A stretch of DNA of 61,698 bases, the filler included, from an uncultured Myxococcia bacterium (lineage in GTDB: Bacteria; CAZTWC01), in NCBI GenBank assembly GCA_964617105.1. It is 9 parts of 9 records of this genome, joined end to end, with 100 filler letters (N's around TTAATTAATTAA, not from the genome) between each part and the next. Parts side by side here need not be neighbours in the genome. Positions count along the whole stretch, not along the records: positions 7,024 to 13,918 come from CAZTWC010000208.1; positions 14,019 to 20,903 come from CAZTWC010000209.1; 7 more parts are not named here. The stretch is one strand, 5' to 3'. The position numbers and the translations under genes were made by a program. The notes below the pieces were generated by a model. The model saw only the letters and a program-made list of their open reading frames with translations. It ran no database searches and had not been told where the DNA came from. Every line of letters starts with the position of its first letter. The stretch's first letter is position 1. Shown here piece by piece: positions 7,314-17,135 of the stretch.

Positions 7314-9863
7314 TCACTCCTTATTGGCATACTCTAAAATAGCACTCTTTAGCGTGGCCTTTTTTATGGGTTTAGTCAAGTGACCTGAGCACCCAACATC
7401 AATACTCTTTTGGATCTCTTCCTTAAGGGCATAGGCAGTCAAAGCCAATACTGGAGTTACCGGTCTATTCTGCTGATTTTCCAGTTCTCTTATCTTTCTG
7501 GTGGCGGTGTAACCGTCCATGACCGGCATCTGCATATCCATAAAGATTAAATGGTAACGTTTGCTGATAAATTTATCTACCGCGATTTTTCCATTTTCAG
7601 CAATATCGATCCTATGATTAGTTTTCTTTAAAAAGGCCTTTATCAGCAAACGATTATCCTCTAAATCCTCTACCAGCAGGATATCAAAACCCACTTTGGA
7701 GCCCTTTGACTCTGAACGGTCCACCTTAATTTCTTTTTTGACCTTTTTTCTGGTTTTTCCAAACAGCGATTCCAAGGCTTCTTTAATCTTATTGAGGGTA
7801 ACAGGTTTAACCAGCAGGGCCTTTATGCCATCCTCCATGGCCCGTTGAAAATCACCCCTCCGATAGTTGGAGGGCAACATCATTATTGTTTTGGCAACCA
7901 ATTCGGGCGCAAGTTCCTTCAAACTGGCCAACAGTTGGAATCCATCCATACCTGGCATACGACTGTCAAGATAGATCAAATCAATGGGATACTTTTGCTT
8001 TCCTCCTAAAGTAGATTTAATTTCATCCAGGGCCAACGCCCCATTTCCAACACACTTTACATTACCCCCCAAACCGACTAGATTATTCTTTAGTATCTCC
8101 TGGACAGTTGAGTTATCGTCTATCACCAGCGTTCTTAATCCAGTCAAGTCCCGTCCAATAGTCTGAATTCGTTCCGCTTTTTTATGGTCCAGGGTAAAAA
8201 CCGCTGTAAAACAGAAAAGGCTCCCCTGATCTTGGTTGTTTTCACACCAAATCTTTCCTCGCATCAAATCCACCAATTTTTTGCAAATAGCCAGTCCCAA
8301 TCCGGTGCCGCCATATTCCCGGGTAATGGAAAAATCCACCTGGGTAAAACTTTTAAAAATGGCCTTCAACTTCTCTTCAGGAATACCAATACCGGTATCC
8401 CTGACTGAAAATAGGAACTCTATTGTTTCCCCTACCAGGTTGGTTCTCTCTACACTTTCCACCCGCACCACCACCTCCCCCTCTTCGGTAAACTTGATGG
8501 CATTACCTATCAGGTTGGTAAGAATCTGCCGTAACCGGCCACTGTCACCTATTAAATTGACTGGTATCTCAGGAGAAATTATGTGGGCTAACTCTAATCC
8601 TTTGGCATAGGATTTAACTGACAGCATATCACATATTTTTTCCACTTCTCCAGATAAGTCCATCTCCCTCTCATCTAACAGCAGTTGCCCGGCTTCGATT
8701 CTGGAAAAATCGAGGATATCATCGATTATAGCCAGCAGATTACCGCCCGCCGAGCGAAAAGTGTCCAGATATTTTTGCTGTTCAGCATCCATAACGGTTT
8801 CATTCAGCAATTCCGCCATGCCCAAAATAGCATTCATGGGAGTACGGATCTCGTGACTCATGTTGGCCAGAAATGCGCTCTTGGCCTGGTTGGCTGCCTC
8901 TGCCTCCAGCATAGCCTGCCGCAGTTCGGCATCGGTACGTTTTAGTTGGTTGTAGGTTTTCTCCAATTTATTATAAGTCTTGACCAATTCTTCAGATTTC
9001 TGTTTTTCCATCTCGGCTGTGGCCTTTAGCACCGCCATTTCTCTTTCCTGCTCCGCCTCCTTCTTACGGCGGGTGATATCGCGAATAATTCCCACAATAT
9101 TCCATTTGCCCTTCAACTTTACCGTGGAGAGGGCAATCTCCGCCGCCACCCGGGAACCGTCTTTTCTTTCTAACCATAACTCTTCCGCCCGGTCAGCTAC
9201 AACACCACTCCATTTTTTTCTCAACTTGTGTAAAAGTCTTGGCTCAAAGGATATAAATTCTGGTAAAGGAATAACTGCATAAATATCCTTACCCAGCATT
9301 TCTTGAGATTTGTAGAGAAATAACCTTTCGGTGGCCTGATTCCAAAAAATAACTCTACCTTTTTCATCCACCATAAAAATAGAATCGTGAGCCAAATCGC
9401 TGATAGTCTGAAATTTGTTTTCACTCTCTATCATAGATATTTCAGCTCTTTTTCTAGCCGTAATATCATGGAGCATAACCACACTGTTAAACCTCTTACT
9501 GTCATCCTCTTTTCTCACTTCAATGGGGGATATCATCAAAGAGGCCCAAAACACCTCACCCCCATTTTTGATAAAACGGGTTTCGGTTTTGATAAAAGAG
9601 ATCTGGCCCTTTTTTAATTCTTCCACCTGCTTGGAATCGTAGTTGACATCATGAAGATGGGTTATCTTGGGTAGGGTAATTTTTAGCAGTTCATCTTCGG
9701 AATAGCCCAGTATCAGGCAAAGGCTCTGGTTGACTTGCAAAAGACGCCGATCTTCATCCTCTATTGCCATACCAATGTAACTATGGTTGAAGAGAGTATC
9801 GAACAACCGCTTATTTTCGACTAATTGATACTTTAAATCTTTTATTAATTTATCTTGATCCAT
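7314..9863 (-). CDS. Cytoplasmic PAS-PAS hybrid histidine kinase with two receiver domains
   Basis: H-box FLANMSHEIRTPMNAILG; NLIGNAIKFT; DTGIGI; GGTGLGLAI; receivers YLDSRMPGMDG and FMDMQMPVMDG; two PAS/PAC segments ending DITxRK. Confidence 0.95.
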   Translation of the reverse strand: MDQDKLIKDLKYQLVENKRLFDTLFNHSYIGMAIEDEDRRLLQVNQSLCLILGYSEDELLKITLPKITHLHDVNYDSKQVEELKKGQISFIKTETRFIKNGGEVFWASLMISPIEVRKEDDSKRFNSVVMLHDITARKRAEISMIESENKFQTISDLAHDSIFMVDEKGRVIFWNQATERLFLYKSQEMLGKDIYAVIPLPEFISFEPRLLHKLRKKWSGVVADRAEELWLERKDGSRVAAEIALSTVKLKGKWNIVGIIRDITRRKKEAEQEREMAVLKATAEMEKQKSEELVKTYNKLEKTYNQLKRTDAELRQAMLEAEAANQAKSAFLANMSHEIRTPMNAILGMAELLNETVMDAEQQKYLDTFRSAGGNLLAIIDDILDFSRIEAGQLLLDEREMDLSGEVEKICDMLSVKSYAKGLELAHIISPEIPVNLIGDSGRLRQILTNLIGNAIKFTEEGEVVVRVESVERTNLVGETIEFLFSVRDTGIGIPEEKLKAIFKSFTQVDFSITREYGGTGLGLAICKKLVDLMRGKIWCENNQDQGSLFCFTAVFTLDHKKAERIQTIGRDLTGLRTLVIDDNSTVQEILKNNLVGLGGNVKCVGNGALALDEIKSTLGGKQKYPIDLIYLDSRMPGMDGFQLLASLKELAPELVAKTIMMLPSNYRRGDFQRAMEDGIKALLVKPVTLNKIKEALESLFGKTRKKVKKEIKVDRSESKGSKVGFDILLVEDLEDNRLLIKAFLKKTNHRIDIAENGKIAVDKFISKRYHLIFMDMQMPVMDGYTATRKIRELENQQNRPVTPVLALTAYALKEEIQKSIDVGCSGHLTKPIKKATLKSAILEYANKE

Positions 9864-9965
9864 AGTGCTATTTTCTTTGCTGAAACAAATAAATTGTTGA
9901 TTATTAAAACTATAAATTTTACAATAATTTTACTCGAATAGAAAGCTTATAGTTCAGTATATATT

Positions 9966-10095
9966 GTGTCCGTCCGGAAATCAACTTTGTTGCAAAAATT
10001 CGGAGACATCTTCAAAGGCGGCGTCAGCAGACCGACTCCCCCTGGCAGGGGGAGATGCCCTTGGGCAGAGGGAGTAAAGAGTTTCGGACGGACAC
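9966..10095. mobile_element. 130-bp MITE/REP-like element
   Basis: Terminal IR GTGTCCGTCCG / CGGACGGACAC (11 bp perfect); internal hairpins CTCCCCCT-GGC-AGGGGGAG and TGCCC-TT-GGGCA; GC-rich within AT-rich intergenic DNA. Confidence 0.6.
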
Positions 10096-10117
10096 TTACA
10101 AAAGTCAGGACAAAGTA

Positions 10118-11371
10118 ATGAAAAAGGGAAGAAATCTGTTTGTTCCACAGCGGATCAACTATTTTCTCCCTGATTGGGACGATCTGGTAGATCCTGGCTT
10201 TGACTTTATCGGGGAGATATCGTCCCCGGGACGGCGCAACAACCAGGATGATTACTATGCTCACGAAATTTTTCCCTGTCCGCCGTACGATGGCATCTTA
10301 ATCTCTCGAGCAGTTACCGAGAAAAAGAAAATAAAAGGCCAGCTTATGCGGAAAAAAGGAGTACATGCCTTTTTGAGACTCCCCAAAAAAATTCCGGTCA
10401 TGGGCGACTGCGGCGCTTTTGAATATATCGATTTGCCCAATCCGCCTTACAGTGTAGAAAATGTTCATCAATACTACTGTTCAATTGGTGTGGATATAGG
10501 GGTCAGCGTTGATCACCTGATTGTCAAAGGTAAGGAGGAGGAGAAAAAGCATCGGTTTGAGATAACTCTGCAAAACGCGGCGCATTTTTTTCGCCTCTGC
10601 CAGAGAGACACCCCTTTTATTCCTCTGGGGGCTGCCCAGGGCTGGGATCCATCCTCATACGCCAGAGCGGTTACAGAGTTGCAAAAAATGGGGTACCGCC
10701 GTATCGGTCTGGGTGGTTTGGTTCGCACTTCCAGTCGGGATATTATCGAGATCCTAAGCCAGGTCAACTTGATTCGCCGGCCTGATGTCCGCCTCCACCT
10801 TTTTGGCATAGCCCGTCCGGAACATATTCACACCTATTGGAAACTGGGAGTATCCAGTGTAGACTCCGCCTCTTTTCTGCGGCAGGCCTGGCTAAGTCTG
10901 GATAAAAACTATTTTACTGGCAACGGTAAATTCTATACCGCTTTACGAGTGCCCCAGGCCCTTCGCAAACCAGTGCAGGAAAAAGCGAATAAATTAAACA
11001 TTAGCCAGGATAAATTGCTGGAGCGGGAGCAGACCCTACTAAAAAATCTACGTAGTTTTGACCAGGAACCAAAAAACTTTGAAGCCCTGGCTGATGAGAT
11101 TATTGAATACAATCGAATGACCGGCAATACCAGGGTTAAACAAAAAGCCGTAGTGCGCACCCTGCGCAGTCAACCCTGGAAAAAATGCTCCTGCCCGATT
11201 TGTCAACAATTGGGGATTGAGGTGATCATTTTTCGGGGAAACAACCGCAACCGGCGACGCGGCTTTCACAATACCAGGGTTTTTTACCAACAATTGAAAG
11301 AAAAGTTTAAAAAAAAAGCGGCTAAGCCTGCTGAGCCAACCATTAATCAAGCCTGTCTACCGGGTCTGTAA
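10118..11371 (+). CDS. dpdA: DNA 7-deazaguanine transglycosylase DpdA (TGT paralogue)
   Basis: YFLPDWDDLVDPGFDF, DDYYAHEIF..PYDGILIS, MGDCGAF, SVDHLI, QGW, LGGLV, HLFGIARP, SVDSAS, PWKKCSCPIC...IFRGNNRNRRRGFHN (Zn site). Motif order and 417-aa length match bacterial DpdA as I recall it; AGGA RBS before ATG 10118. Confidence 0.88.
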   Translation: MKKGRNLFVPQRINYFLPDWDDLVDPGFDFIGEISSPGRRNNQDDYYAHEIFPCPPYDGILISRAVTEKKKIKGQLMRKKGVHAFLRLPKKIPVMGDCGAFEYIDLPNPPYSVENVHQYYCSIGVDIGVSVDHLIVKGKEEEKKHRFEITLQNAAHFFRLCQRDTPFIPLGAAQGWDPSSYARAVTELQKMGYRRIGLGGLVRTSSRDIIEILSQVNLIRRPDVRLHLFGIARPEHIHTYWKLGVSSVDSASFLRQAWLSLDKNYFTGNGKFYTALRVPQALRKPVQEKANKLNISQDKLLEREQTLLKNLRSFDQEPKNFEALADEIIEYNRMTGNTRVKQKAVVRTLRSQPWKKCSCPICQQLGIEVIIFRGNNRNRRRGFHNTRVFYQQLKEKFKKKAAKPAEPTINQACLPGL

Positions 11372-11421
11372 CCTGCTGTAATAAGAATTTTGACAAGATT
11401 AACAAAATGGAACAGGGTTAA

Positions 11422-11832
11422 ATGAAAATAACCTGGAAAAAATTTATCCCGCTCACAGTCCATAAAATCTACGCAGCCATGGGACTTTCTCTGGTGGTTT
11501 TGGCTACCCTGCAGCCAGGGCAATTGCAACTGCTCTCTTGCCCCCTGTTACGCAATTTACACCTACCCTGCCCCAGTTGTGGCATGACCCGCAGTTTCAC
11601 TGCCTTTGCCCGGCTGGATATTGCTATTGCCTTTCATTATAATCCCCTGGGCGCCCTCCTGTTTTTGCTGATCCTTTTCTTGGCCCTTTACGTGTTGGTA
11701 CTGGCTCCGCTGCTCCCCAAAATGCCGCATCTGCACTTAAGTCACAAAGAAAATAAATCGCTCCCCTGGATTGGGGCTTTAATACTAATCTCCAACTGGT
11801 TATATCTAATATCAATCCGCGGGGAGTTATAA
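11422..11832 (+). CDS. DUF2752-family membrane protein
   Basis: CPL...LPCPSCGMTRSF...AFHYNPLG motif; TM helices. Confidence 0.85.
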   Translation: MKITWKKFIPLTVHKIYAAMGLSLVVLATLQPGQLQLLSCPLLRNLHLPCPSCGMTRSFTAFARLDIAIAFHYNPLGALLFLLILFLALYVLVLAPLLPKMPHLHLSHKENKSLPWIGALILISNWLYLISIRGEL

Positions 11833-11929
11833 CCAATAATCCGCAACTACCAACTGCTATTTTAGCGATATTTTTTTCCTACCTCAGATGATATATGGTA
11901 GAATATTTGAATATGATTTAGGCAATTGT

Positions 11930-11961
11930 AAAAAAAAAGGGTTGCAAAAATTGCAACCCTT
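11930..11961 (-). terminator. Intrinsic terminator after tRNA-Lys
   Basis: AAGGGTTGCAA-aaa-TTGCAACCCTT stem followed by a T run on the minus strand. Confidence 0.85.
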
Positions 11962-11970
11962 AAAGGTATT

Positions 11971-12046
11971 TGGTGAGCCGTGAAGGATTCGAACCTTCGA
12001 CCCACAGATTAAAAGTCTGTTGCTCTACCACCTGAGCTAACGGCCC
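11971..12046 (-). tRNA. tRNA-Lys (UUU)
   Basis: GGGCCGTTAGCTCAGGTGGTAGAGCAACAGACTTTTAATCTGTGGGTCGAAGGTTCGAATCCTTCACGGCTCACCA: cloverleaf, anticodon loop CTTTTAA, encoded CCA. Confidence 0.97.
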
Positions 12047-12080
12047 TTATTTTTCCAGCCTCCCTGGAAAAGATTGTCAC

Positions 12081-12109
12081 ACCATAGACCAAATAAGGAT
12101 GCTTGTCAA
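12081..12109 (-). promoter_or_regulatory. sigma70-type promoter for tRNA-Lys
   Basis: TTGACA-17 bp-TATGGT on the minus strand, about 35 nt upstream of the tRNA. Confidence 0.6.
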
Positions 12110-12116
12110 GATTTGT

Positions 12117-13466
12117 ATGCAAAAAATATCCCTTCAGCGTAACAAAAATAAGCCTTTTCCGGCAGGAGGTTTCAGAGAACTGCTTACCCTGGCGTATCCG
12201 GTAATGATCTCTATGCTGTCCCAATCCTTTATGGGGACAGTGGATACTTTTTTAATGGGATGGGTTGGAACTCCAGAACAGGGTGCGGTAGGACTTGGTT
12301 CCACTATCACCTGGTCCACTATCTGTATGGTCTATGGCACCTTGACAGTAATCACCACTTTTGTTTCACAGCGATTGGGGGCCAAAAACTATGAACAATG
12401 CGGCAATTACGCCTGGCAGGGATTTTACTTTGGCATAACCTATTTTATGTTTCTTTTGTTGCTTATTATCCCCAATTTGAATTCGCTGCTGGCAATAATC
12501 GGCCCGGACCCTGGTCTGGTTGATCTTACCAGCCGGTATATGGAAATTCGACTCCAGGGCAGTCTATTTGTGTTTACTAATTTCTGTGTCATAAGTTTTT
12601 TCAGAGGCATCGGCAATACTAAAACCCCAATGAAAATCACCCTGTTTATCAACCTGATAAATATAGTTCTTAGTTATATNNNNNNNNNNCCTTTAGGATT
12701 AATGGGAGCAGCGGTGGGTTCAGTGATGTCCACTGCGATTGGCAGCGCCATTTATCTCTCTATTTTTTTGGGCGCCCATTATCGAAAAAAATACCATACC
12801 GATAAAATATCGCTAGACTTGAACAAAACAATCTCCTTTTTGAAGATCGGTATTCCGGTTGGTATCAGTTGGCTGATGGAAATGATTATATGGGCGGCTT
12901 TTGCCGGCATGGTAGCCAAATTGGGAGCCAAACAGTTGGCTGCCCACAATATTGTTATGCAACTAGTTCAACTCTCCTTTTTACCCGGGGTGGCTATCTC
13001 GGTAGCCAACTCAACCCTGGTAGGTCAGTATATCGGCGCTAAAAAACCAAAGATCGCGGTAAAGTGTGGTTATACAGCCACCAAAACTGGTGTTGCCTAT
13101 ATGGCCTGTATGGGGATAACCTTTCTATTACTCCGGGAGCAGTTGCCCTTTGTATTTAACCGGGATCCTGAGGTAATTGCCATCAGCAGCCAAATCATTC
13201 TCTTTGCCGCCGGCTTTCAGGTATTCGACGCTCTTTTTGTCACTTCTATAGGTGTTTTGCGAGGAGCCGGGGACACTCGCTGGTGCATGGTAGTGACTAT
13301 TCTCCTCAGTTGGCTGTTTTTCCTGCCCCTTTTATATCTGCTGACTTTTTATTTTAACTTTGGCATAAGCGGCGCCTGGTGCGCGGCCTTAATCTACATA
13401 ACAGTGCTGGGATTGACCATGTTTGCCCGGTTTTACGGCGGCAAATGGCAGAAAATTAAGATTTGA
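12117..13466 (+). CDS. MATE family efflux transporter (10-N gap at 12680-12689; start 12117 or 12099)
   Basis: LAYPVMISM...VDTFLMG, FRGIGNTKTPM, LRGAGDT; about 12 TM helices. Confidence 0.92.
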   Translation: MQKISLQRNKNKPFPAGGFRELLTLAYPVMISMLSQSFMGTVDTFLMGWVGTPEQGAVGLGSTITWSTICMVYGTLTVITTFVSQRLGAKNYEQCGNYAWQGFYFGITYFMFLLLLIIPNLNSLLAIIGPDPGLVDLTSRYMEIRLQGSLFVFTNFCVISFFRGIGNTKTPMKITLFINLINIVLSYXXXXPLGLMGAAVGSVMSTAIGSAIYLSIFLGAHYRKKYHTDKISLDLNKTISFLKIGIPVGISWLMEMIIWAAFAGMVAKLGAKQLAAHNIVMQLVQLSFLPGVAISVANSTLVGQYIGAKKPKIAVKCGYTATKTGVAYMACMGITFLLLREQLPFVFNRDPEVIAISSQIILFAAGFQVFDALFVTSIGVLRGAGDTRWCMVVTILLSWLFFLPLLYLLTFYFNFGISGAWCAALIYITVLGLTMFARFYGGKWQKIKI

Positions 13467-13918
13467 ACGGATGGTTGCAAAAACACAAGAAAAACTCTTG
13501 ATTTCCTTTGGCGCCCTCTAGTTGTGATGCGCGTTGTCCTTTGAACTCCAACCCTGCCTCCTGGCAAAAACTTATGATCTTTTGGCAACTGGCCATTTGC
13601 TTCTCTGGCTCCAACACCAATCCTCCTTTGCCCACCTCGCCCTTACCCACTTCAAACTGAGGTTTTACCATGGGAAGCAGTAATCCTTCCAGTTTTAGCA
13701 ACTCCAGGGTCTTGGGGATGATTTTGGTTAGAGAGATAAAGGAGACATCAATAACCACAATGTCTACCGGTTCAGGGATCAGCGCTGGATCAAAATAGCG
13801 AAAATTTACCCGCTCAAAATTTACCACTTCGGGACGTGTACGCAGCGACCAATCCAATTGCCCATAGCCAACATCCACACAATATACCTTTTTGGCCCCC
13901 CTTTGAAGGAGGCAATCG
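13456..13918 (-). CDS. tlyA: TlyA family rRNA 2'-O-methyltransferase, 5' truncated
   Basis: DVGYGQL, DVSFISL, MVKPQFEVG, GAKGNQEF motifs. Confidence 0.92.
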
Positions 13919-14018
13919 NNNNNNNNNNNNNNNNNNNNNNNNNNNNNNNNNNNNNNNNNNNNTTAATTAATTAANNNNNNNNNNNNNNNNNNNNNNNNNN
14001 NNNNNNNNNNNNNNNNNN
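13919..14018. other. Artificial contig linker
   Basis: N44-TTAATTAATTAA-N44. Confidence 0.98.
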
Positions 14019-14493
14019 TTTGAATTAACTCCTCAACTGCTTCCGGTTTTTTTTCCAACACCACTATGGGGATTTTCTCCCTTCTCAACTGTTTGCAAAT
14101 CACCCGGCCCATCCGGCCGTATCCGCAGACAATCCAGTGGTTCTTTGTACGTAAAATATTACGCTCCATCCGTTTTCTCCCAAAAATGTATCTCATCTCG
14201 CCAACAATAATGTATTCCAGCAACTGGACAGCAGTATACGCTACCGTAGATGTGCCCAGGATAATTACAAAAACAGTAAAAATCCTGCCGTTAGTGGAAA
14301 GAGGAAAGACCTCGCCAAAACCAACCGTGCTGATGGTAATTACCGCCATGTAAAACGATTCAACCAGGGTGACATCTTCTATTAGGATATAGCCAATGGT
14401 GCTGGCTGCCACCACCAGATTGATCAGCACAATCCCGACAATAATATTGCGGGTACGGCCATGTTCAAAATAGTTTATCTTTGTGGATATCAT
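14019..14493 (-). CDS. Two-TM potassium channel with RCK/TrkA-N domain, 3' truncated
   Basis: TISTVGFGE selectivity filter; HWIVCGYGRMG Rossmann motif. Confidence 0.92.
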
Positions 14494-14589
14494 AGGTTCA
14501 ACTTAACACCAAAGAGTTGTAGCAAACGCAAATAGCAAAAACTCGACTCCCCAGTTGTTGCAGGTTTTTGGTAACAAGTTAATCTCTAT

Positions 14590-16995
14590 TTATGGCGGCG
14601 GTGGTATAAGCACCTGGCGCGGTTTGTTTCTATCCTGGGGCCCCAATATTCCATTCCGCTCCATGCGCTCGACATACTTTGCTGCCCGGTTGTAGCCTAT
14701 AGACATTTTTCTCTGCAAACGAGAGATGGTTATCTCTCTCTCCTGGGCGGCAATATGCACGGCCAAATCGTATTTCTCGTCCATCTCTTCCTCCTGGCTT
14801 TTCTGGAATTCGTCCTCCTCCTGAGAAATTAATATCTCCTCCTGATATTGGGGTTTACCCTGGGACTTTAAAAAGCGCTGGAGCCGCTTTAATTCTTTTT
14901 CCGATACATAGGAGCCATGAATCCGCAAAGGCTTTGACAGTTTGGGAAGAATGGCCAGCATATCTCCCATAGAGAGTAAGTTCTCAGCCCCCGTCTGTTC
15001 TAAAATAATTTTTGAATTAACCTGGTTAGACACTTTCAGAGCAAAACGGGAAGGCATATTAGCCTTAATAAGACCGGTTATCACATCGGCAGATGGCCGC
15101 TGAGTAGCTAGAATCAGGTGGATACCAGCAGCCCGGGCCTTAGCGGAAAGCCTGGAGATAGCCTGCTCTACATCCTTGGGCGAGGTCATCATCAAATCAG
15201 CCAACTCGTCAATTATAATCACCAGCGAAGGTAATTTTTCCATCTCCTCCTCTACCAGATTTTCCTGCTCATTTTCGGCAGTCAATTGAGCGGATCTATT
15301 TTGTTCCTGGCTCCTTCCAAAAATTTTCACATCATTGGTATCAACCGACTTATCTTTTAGTTTCTCCAGCCGCCGGTTATAAGATTTGATATCCCGCACC
15401 TTAAAATGATTCAGCAACTCGTAGCGTCTTTCCATCTCTACTACCGCCCATTTCAGAGCCTGAGCCGCCTTCACCGAGTCAATAACCACTGGCAACAGCA
15501 AATGGGGGATATCCTGGTACATGGAAAATTCCGACATCTTGGGATCCACCAGGATAAAACGCACATCCTCGGGGGTGGACTTGAAGAGAATAGAGCAAAT
15601 CAGAGAATGCACGGTAATACTCTTGCCCGCTCCGGTAGCGCCGCCCACCAGCAAATGGGGCATTTTTGCCAAATCACCAACCACTGGTTTTCCCTCGATA
15701 TCCTTGCCCAGGGCCAAAGTCAGATTGGACTCACTCTGGGTAAAAACCGCTGACTCCAGTATCTCTTTTAAATAAACCGTTGCCCGTCTTTGATTGGGTA
15801 GATCGATGCCCACCACATCCTTGCCTGGAATGGGCGCCTCAATCATCACAGTCTGAGCGCTTAAAGCCATGGCCAAATCATTGGACAGAGAAGATATCTT
15901 GCTGATGCGGGTCCCTTTATCCGGTTTAAACTCAAAGCGGATCACCACCGGACCTGGCCGGATGTTGGTAACCTTTCCCTTTATCCCATAATCTTCCAGG
16001 GCTGAGGTTAAAAAAGCGGCTTTATCCTTCAACTCTTCAGAATCGTATTCAACTCTGTTGTCATCTTTACTTTCCAAAAGATCGATTGACGGCAGGCGCA
16101 TTTGACCAAAGTTGTTTAATCGCATTGGCGGTTCAATTTCATCCTCATCTCTGACTTTGGTGACTGCGATGGTCATAGGCTCATCCTCGACCACCTCTTC
16201 GGTAGGAGGAATTATGGTGATACTCTCGCCATTGAGTTCCACACTCTCAACCTCTCCGCTCTTCTCAACCTTATTTTCAGCCGGTTTTCCTTCCCGAATC
16301 CCATGGCCATCTTGGAAATTTTCTTTCCCTTTTGCGGCCCGTTCTGCTTTTCTGATTTTCCATAACTCTTTTTTCTGCTGCAAAAACCTTCCCGCATATT
16401 GCCAAAATCGACGGCACAAATCAGAAAATAAAGCCAATGCCCGGAAAGATAAGCGCCGTGGGGAGAAACCAGTGAGGGCCATTATAATTATGAGCAGCAG
16501 AACTGAACTGAGCAGAAAAGCGCCCAACCGGGAAAACCAGGCAATCAAGTAAGTTGCCAACAACTCTCCCAGGACTCCACCGGATGGATAAGTAAAAAAC
16601 TGGCGGCCTTTAAAGAATAGGTGGGTTAAAATAGATACATCCACCATTAGCAACGGAAGCCATACCAGCAAAAAGGATTTGAACAACACATGCTTACCCA
16701 GAAAAAAAATCACTCCTGCGGCTAACAAAGTGGCCACCAACAAAAATGAAACCATGCCTAGACTCTGAAAATATAGATCAGCAATATAGGCCCCGGCCAC
16801 TCCGATTAAATTGTCCACTTGTCCGGCTTTACTGTTGATACTGCTGAAAGATTTATCAGAAGCGTTGAAAGTGACTAAACTCAAAAAAGAGATGATCGAA
16901 AAGAGTATAATAATTATACCATTGTATTCTGACCAACGCCTCCTCTTCACCGGTTTTTTTATTTCCGCCAACTTTTTTTGGCGATTTTTAGACAT
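14590..16995 (-). CDS. ftsK: DNA translocase FtsK
   Basis: 4TM N-terminus; MPHLLVGGATGAGKS; IIIDELADLMM; LATQRPS; C-terminal gamma domain LQRKMSIGYNRAA. Confidence 0.96.
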   Translation of the reverse strand: MSKNRQKKLAEIKKPVKRRRWSEYNGIIIILFSIISFLSLVTFNASDKSFSSINSKAGQVDNLIGVAGAYIADLYFQSLGMVSFLLVATLLAAGVIFFLGKHVLFKSFLLVWLPLLMVDVSILTHLFFKGRQFFTYPSGGVLGELLATYLIAWFSRLGAFLLSSVLLLIIIMALTGFSPRRLSFRALALFSDLCRRFWQYAGRFLQQKKELWKIRKAERAAKGKENFQDGHGIREGKPAENKVEKSGEVESVELNGESITIIPPTEEVVEDEPMTIAVTKVRDEDEIEPPMRLNNFGQMRLPSIDLLESKDDNRVEYDSEELKDKAAFLTSALEDYGIKGKVTNIRPGPVVIRFEFKPDKGTRISKISSLSNDLAMALSAQTVMIEAPIPGKDVVGIDLPNQRRATVYLKEILESAVFTQSESNLTLALGKDIEGKPVVGDLAKMPHLLVGGATGAGKSITVHSLICSILFKSTPEDVRFILVDPKMSEFSMYQDIPHLLLPVVIDSVKAAQALKWAVVEMERRYELLNHFKVRDIKSYNRRLEKLKDKSVDTNDVKIFGRSQEQNRSAQLTAENEQENLVEEEMEKLPSLVIIIDELADLMMTSPKDVEQAISRLSAKARAAGIHLILATQRPSADVITGLIKANMPSRFALKVSNQVNSKIILEQTGAENLLSMGDMLAILPKLSKPLRIHGSYVSEKELKRLQRFLKSQGKPQYQEEILISQEEDEFQKSQEEEMDEKYDLAVHIAAQEREITISRLQRKMSIGYNRAAKYVERMERNGILGPQDRNKPRQVLIPPPP

Positions 16996-17025
16996 CTATA
17001 ATTCTCCTAAGAATCCAAAATATGC

Positions 17026-17099
17026 TTGACACAACAATGGATTGATTGTTATTGTGCCCATCCTGATATTATTTTATTTCACCTGCCACAGCAAGTCAA
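17026..17099. promoter_or_regulatory. Face-to-face sigma70-type promoters for the IMPase operon (+) and ftsK (-)
   Basis: + TTGACA-18-TATTGT (17026-17055); - TTGACT-17-TAAAAT (17099-17071). Confidence 0.45.
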
Positions 17100-17135
17100 A
17101 TTTATGTATACTTCAATTCAACCAAGAAGAATGAT

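Noticed and set aside
10055-11371. Calling the TGT-fold gene a queuine tRNA-ribosyltransferase (tgt), and using the 10055 start
   Set aside because: It lacks the tRNA-TGT TPxFMPVGT and DSGGFQ motifs and has DpdA-type motifs instead; ATG 10055 lies inside the palindromic element.
9864-12046. dpdA-DUF2752 as an island integrated at tRNA-Lys
   Set aside because: No duplicated tRNA 3' end and no integrase seen; the tRNA terminator is intact directly after CCA.
12680-12689. MATE gene disruption
   Set aside because: A 10-N scaffold gap, not a biological lesion.
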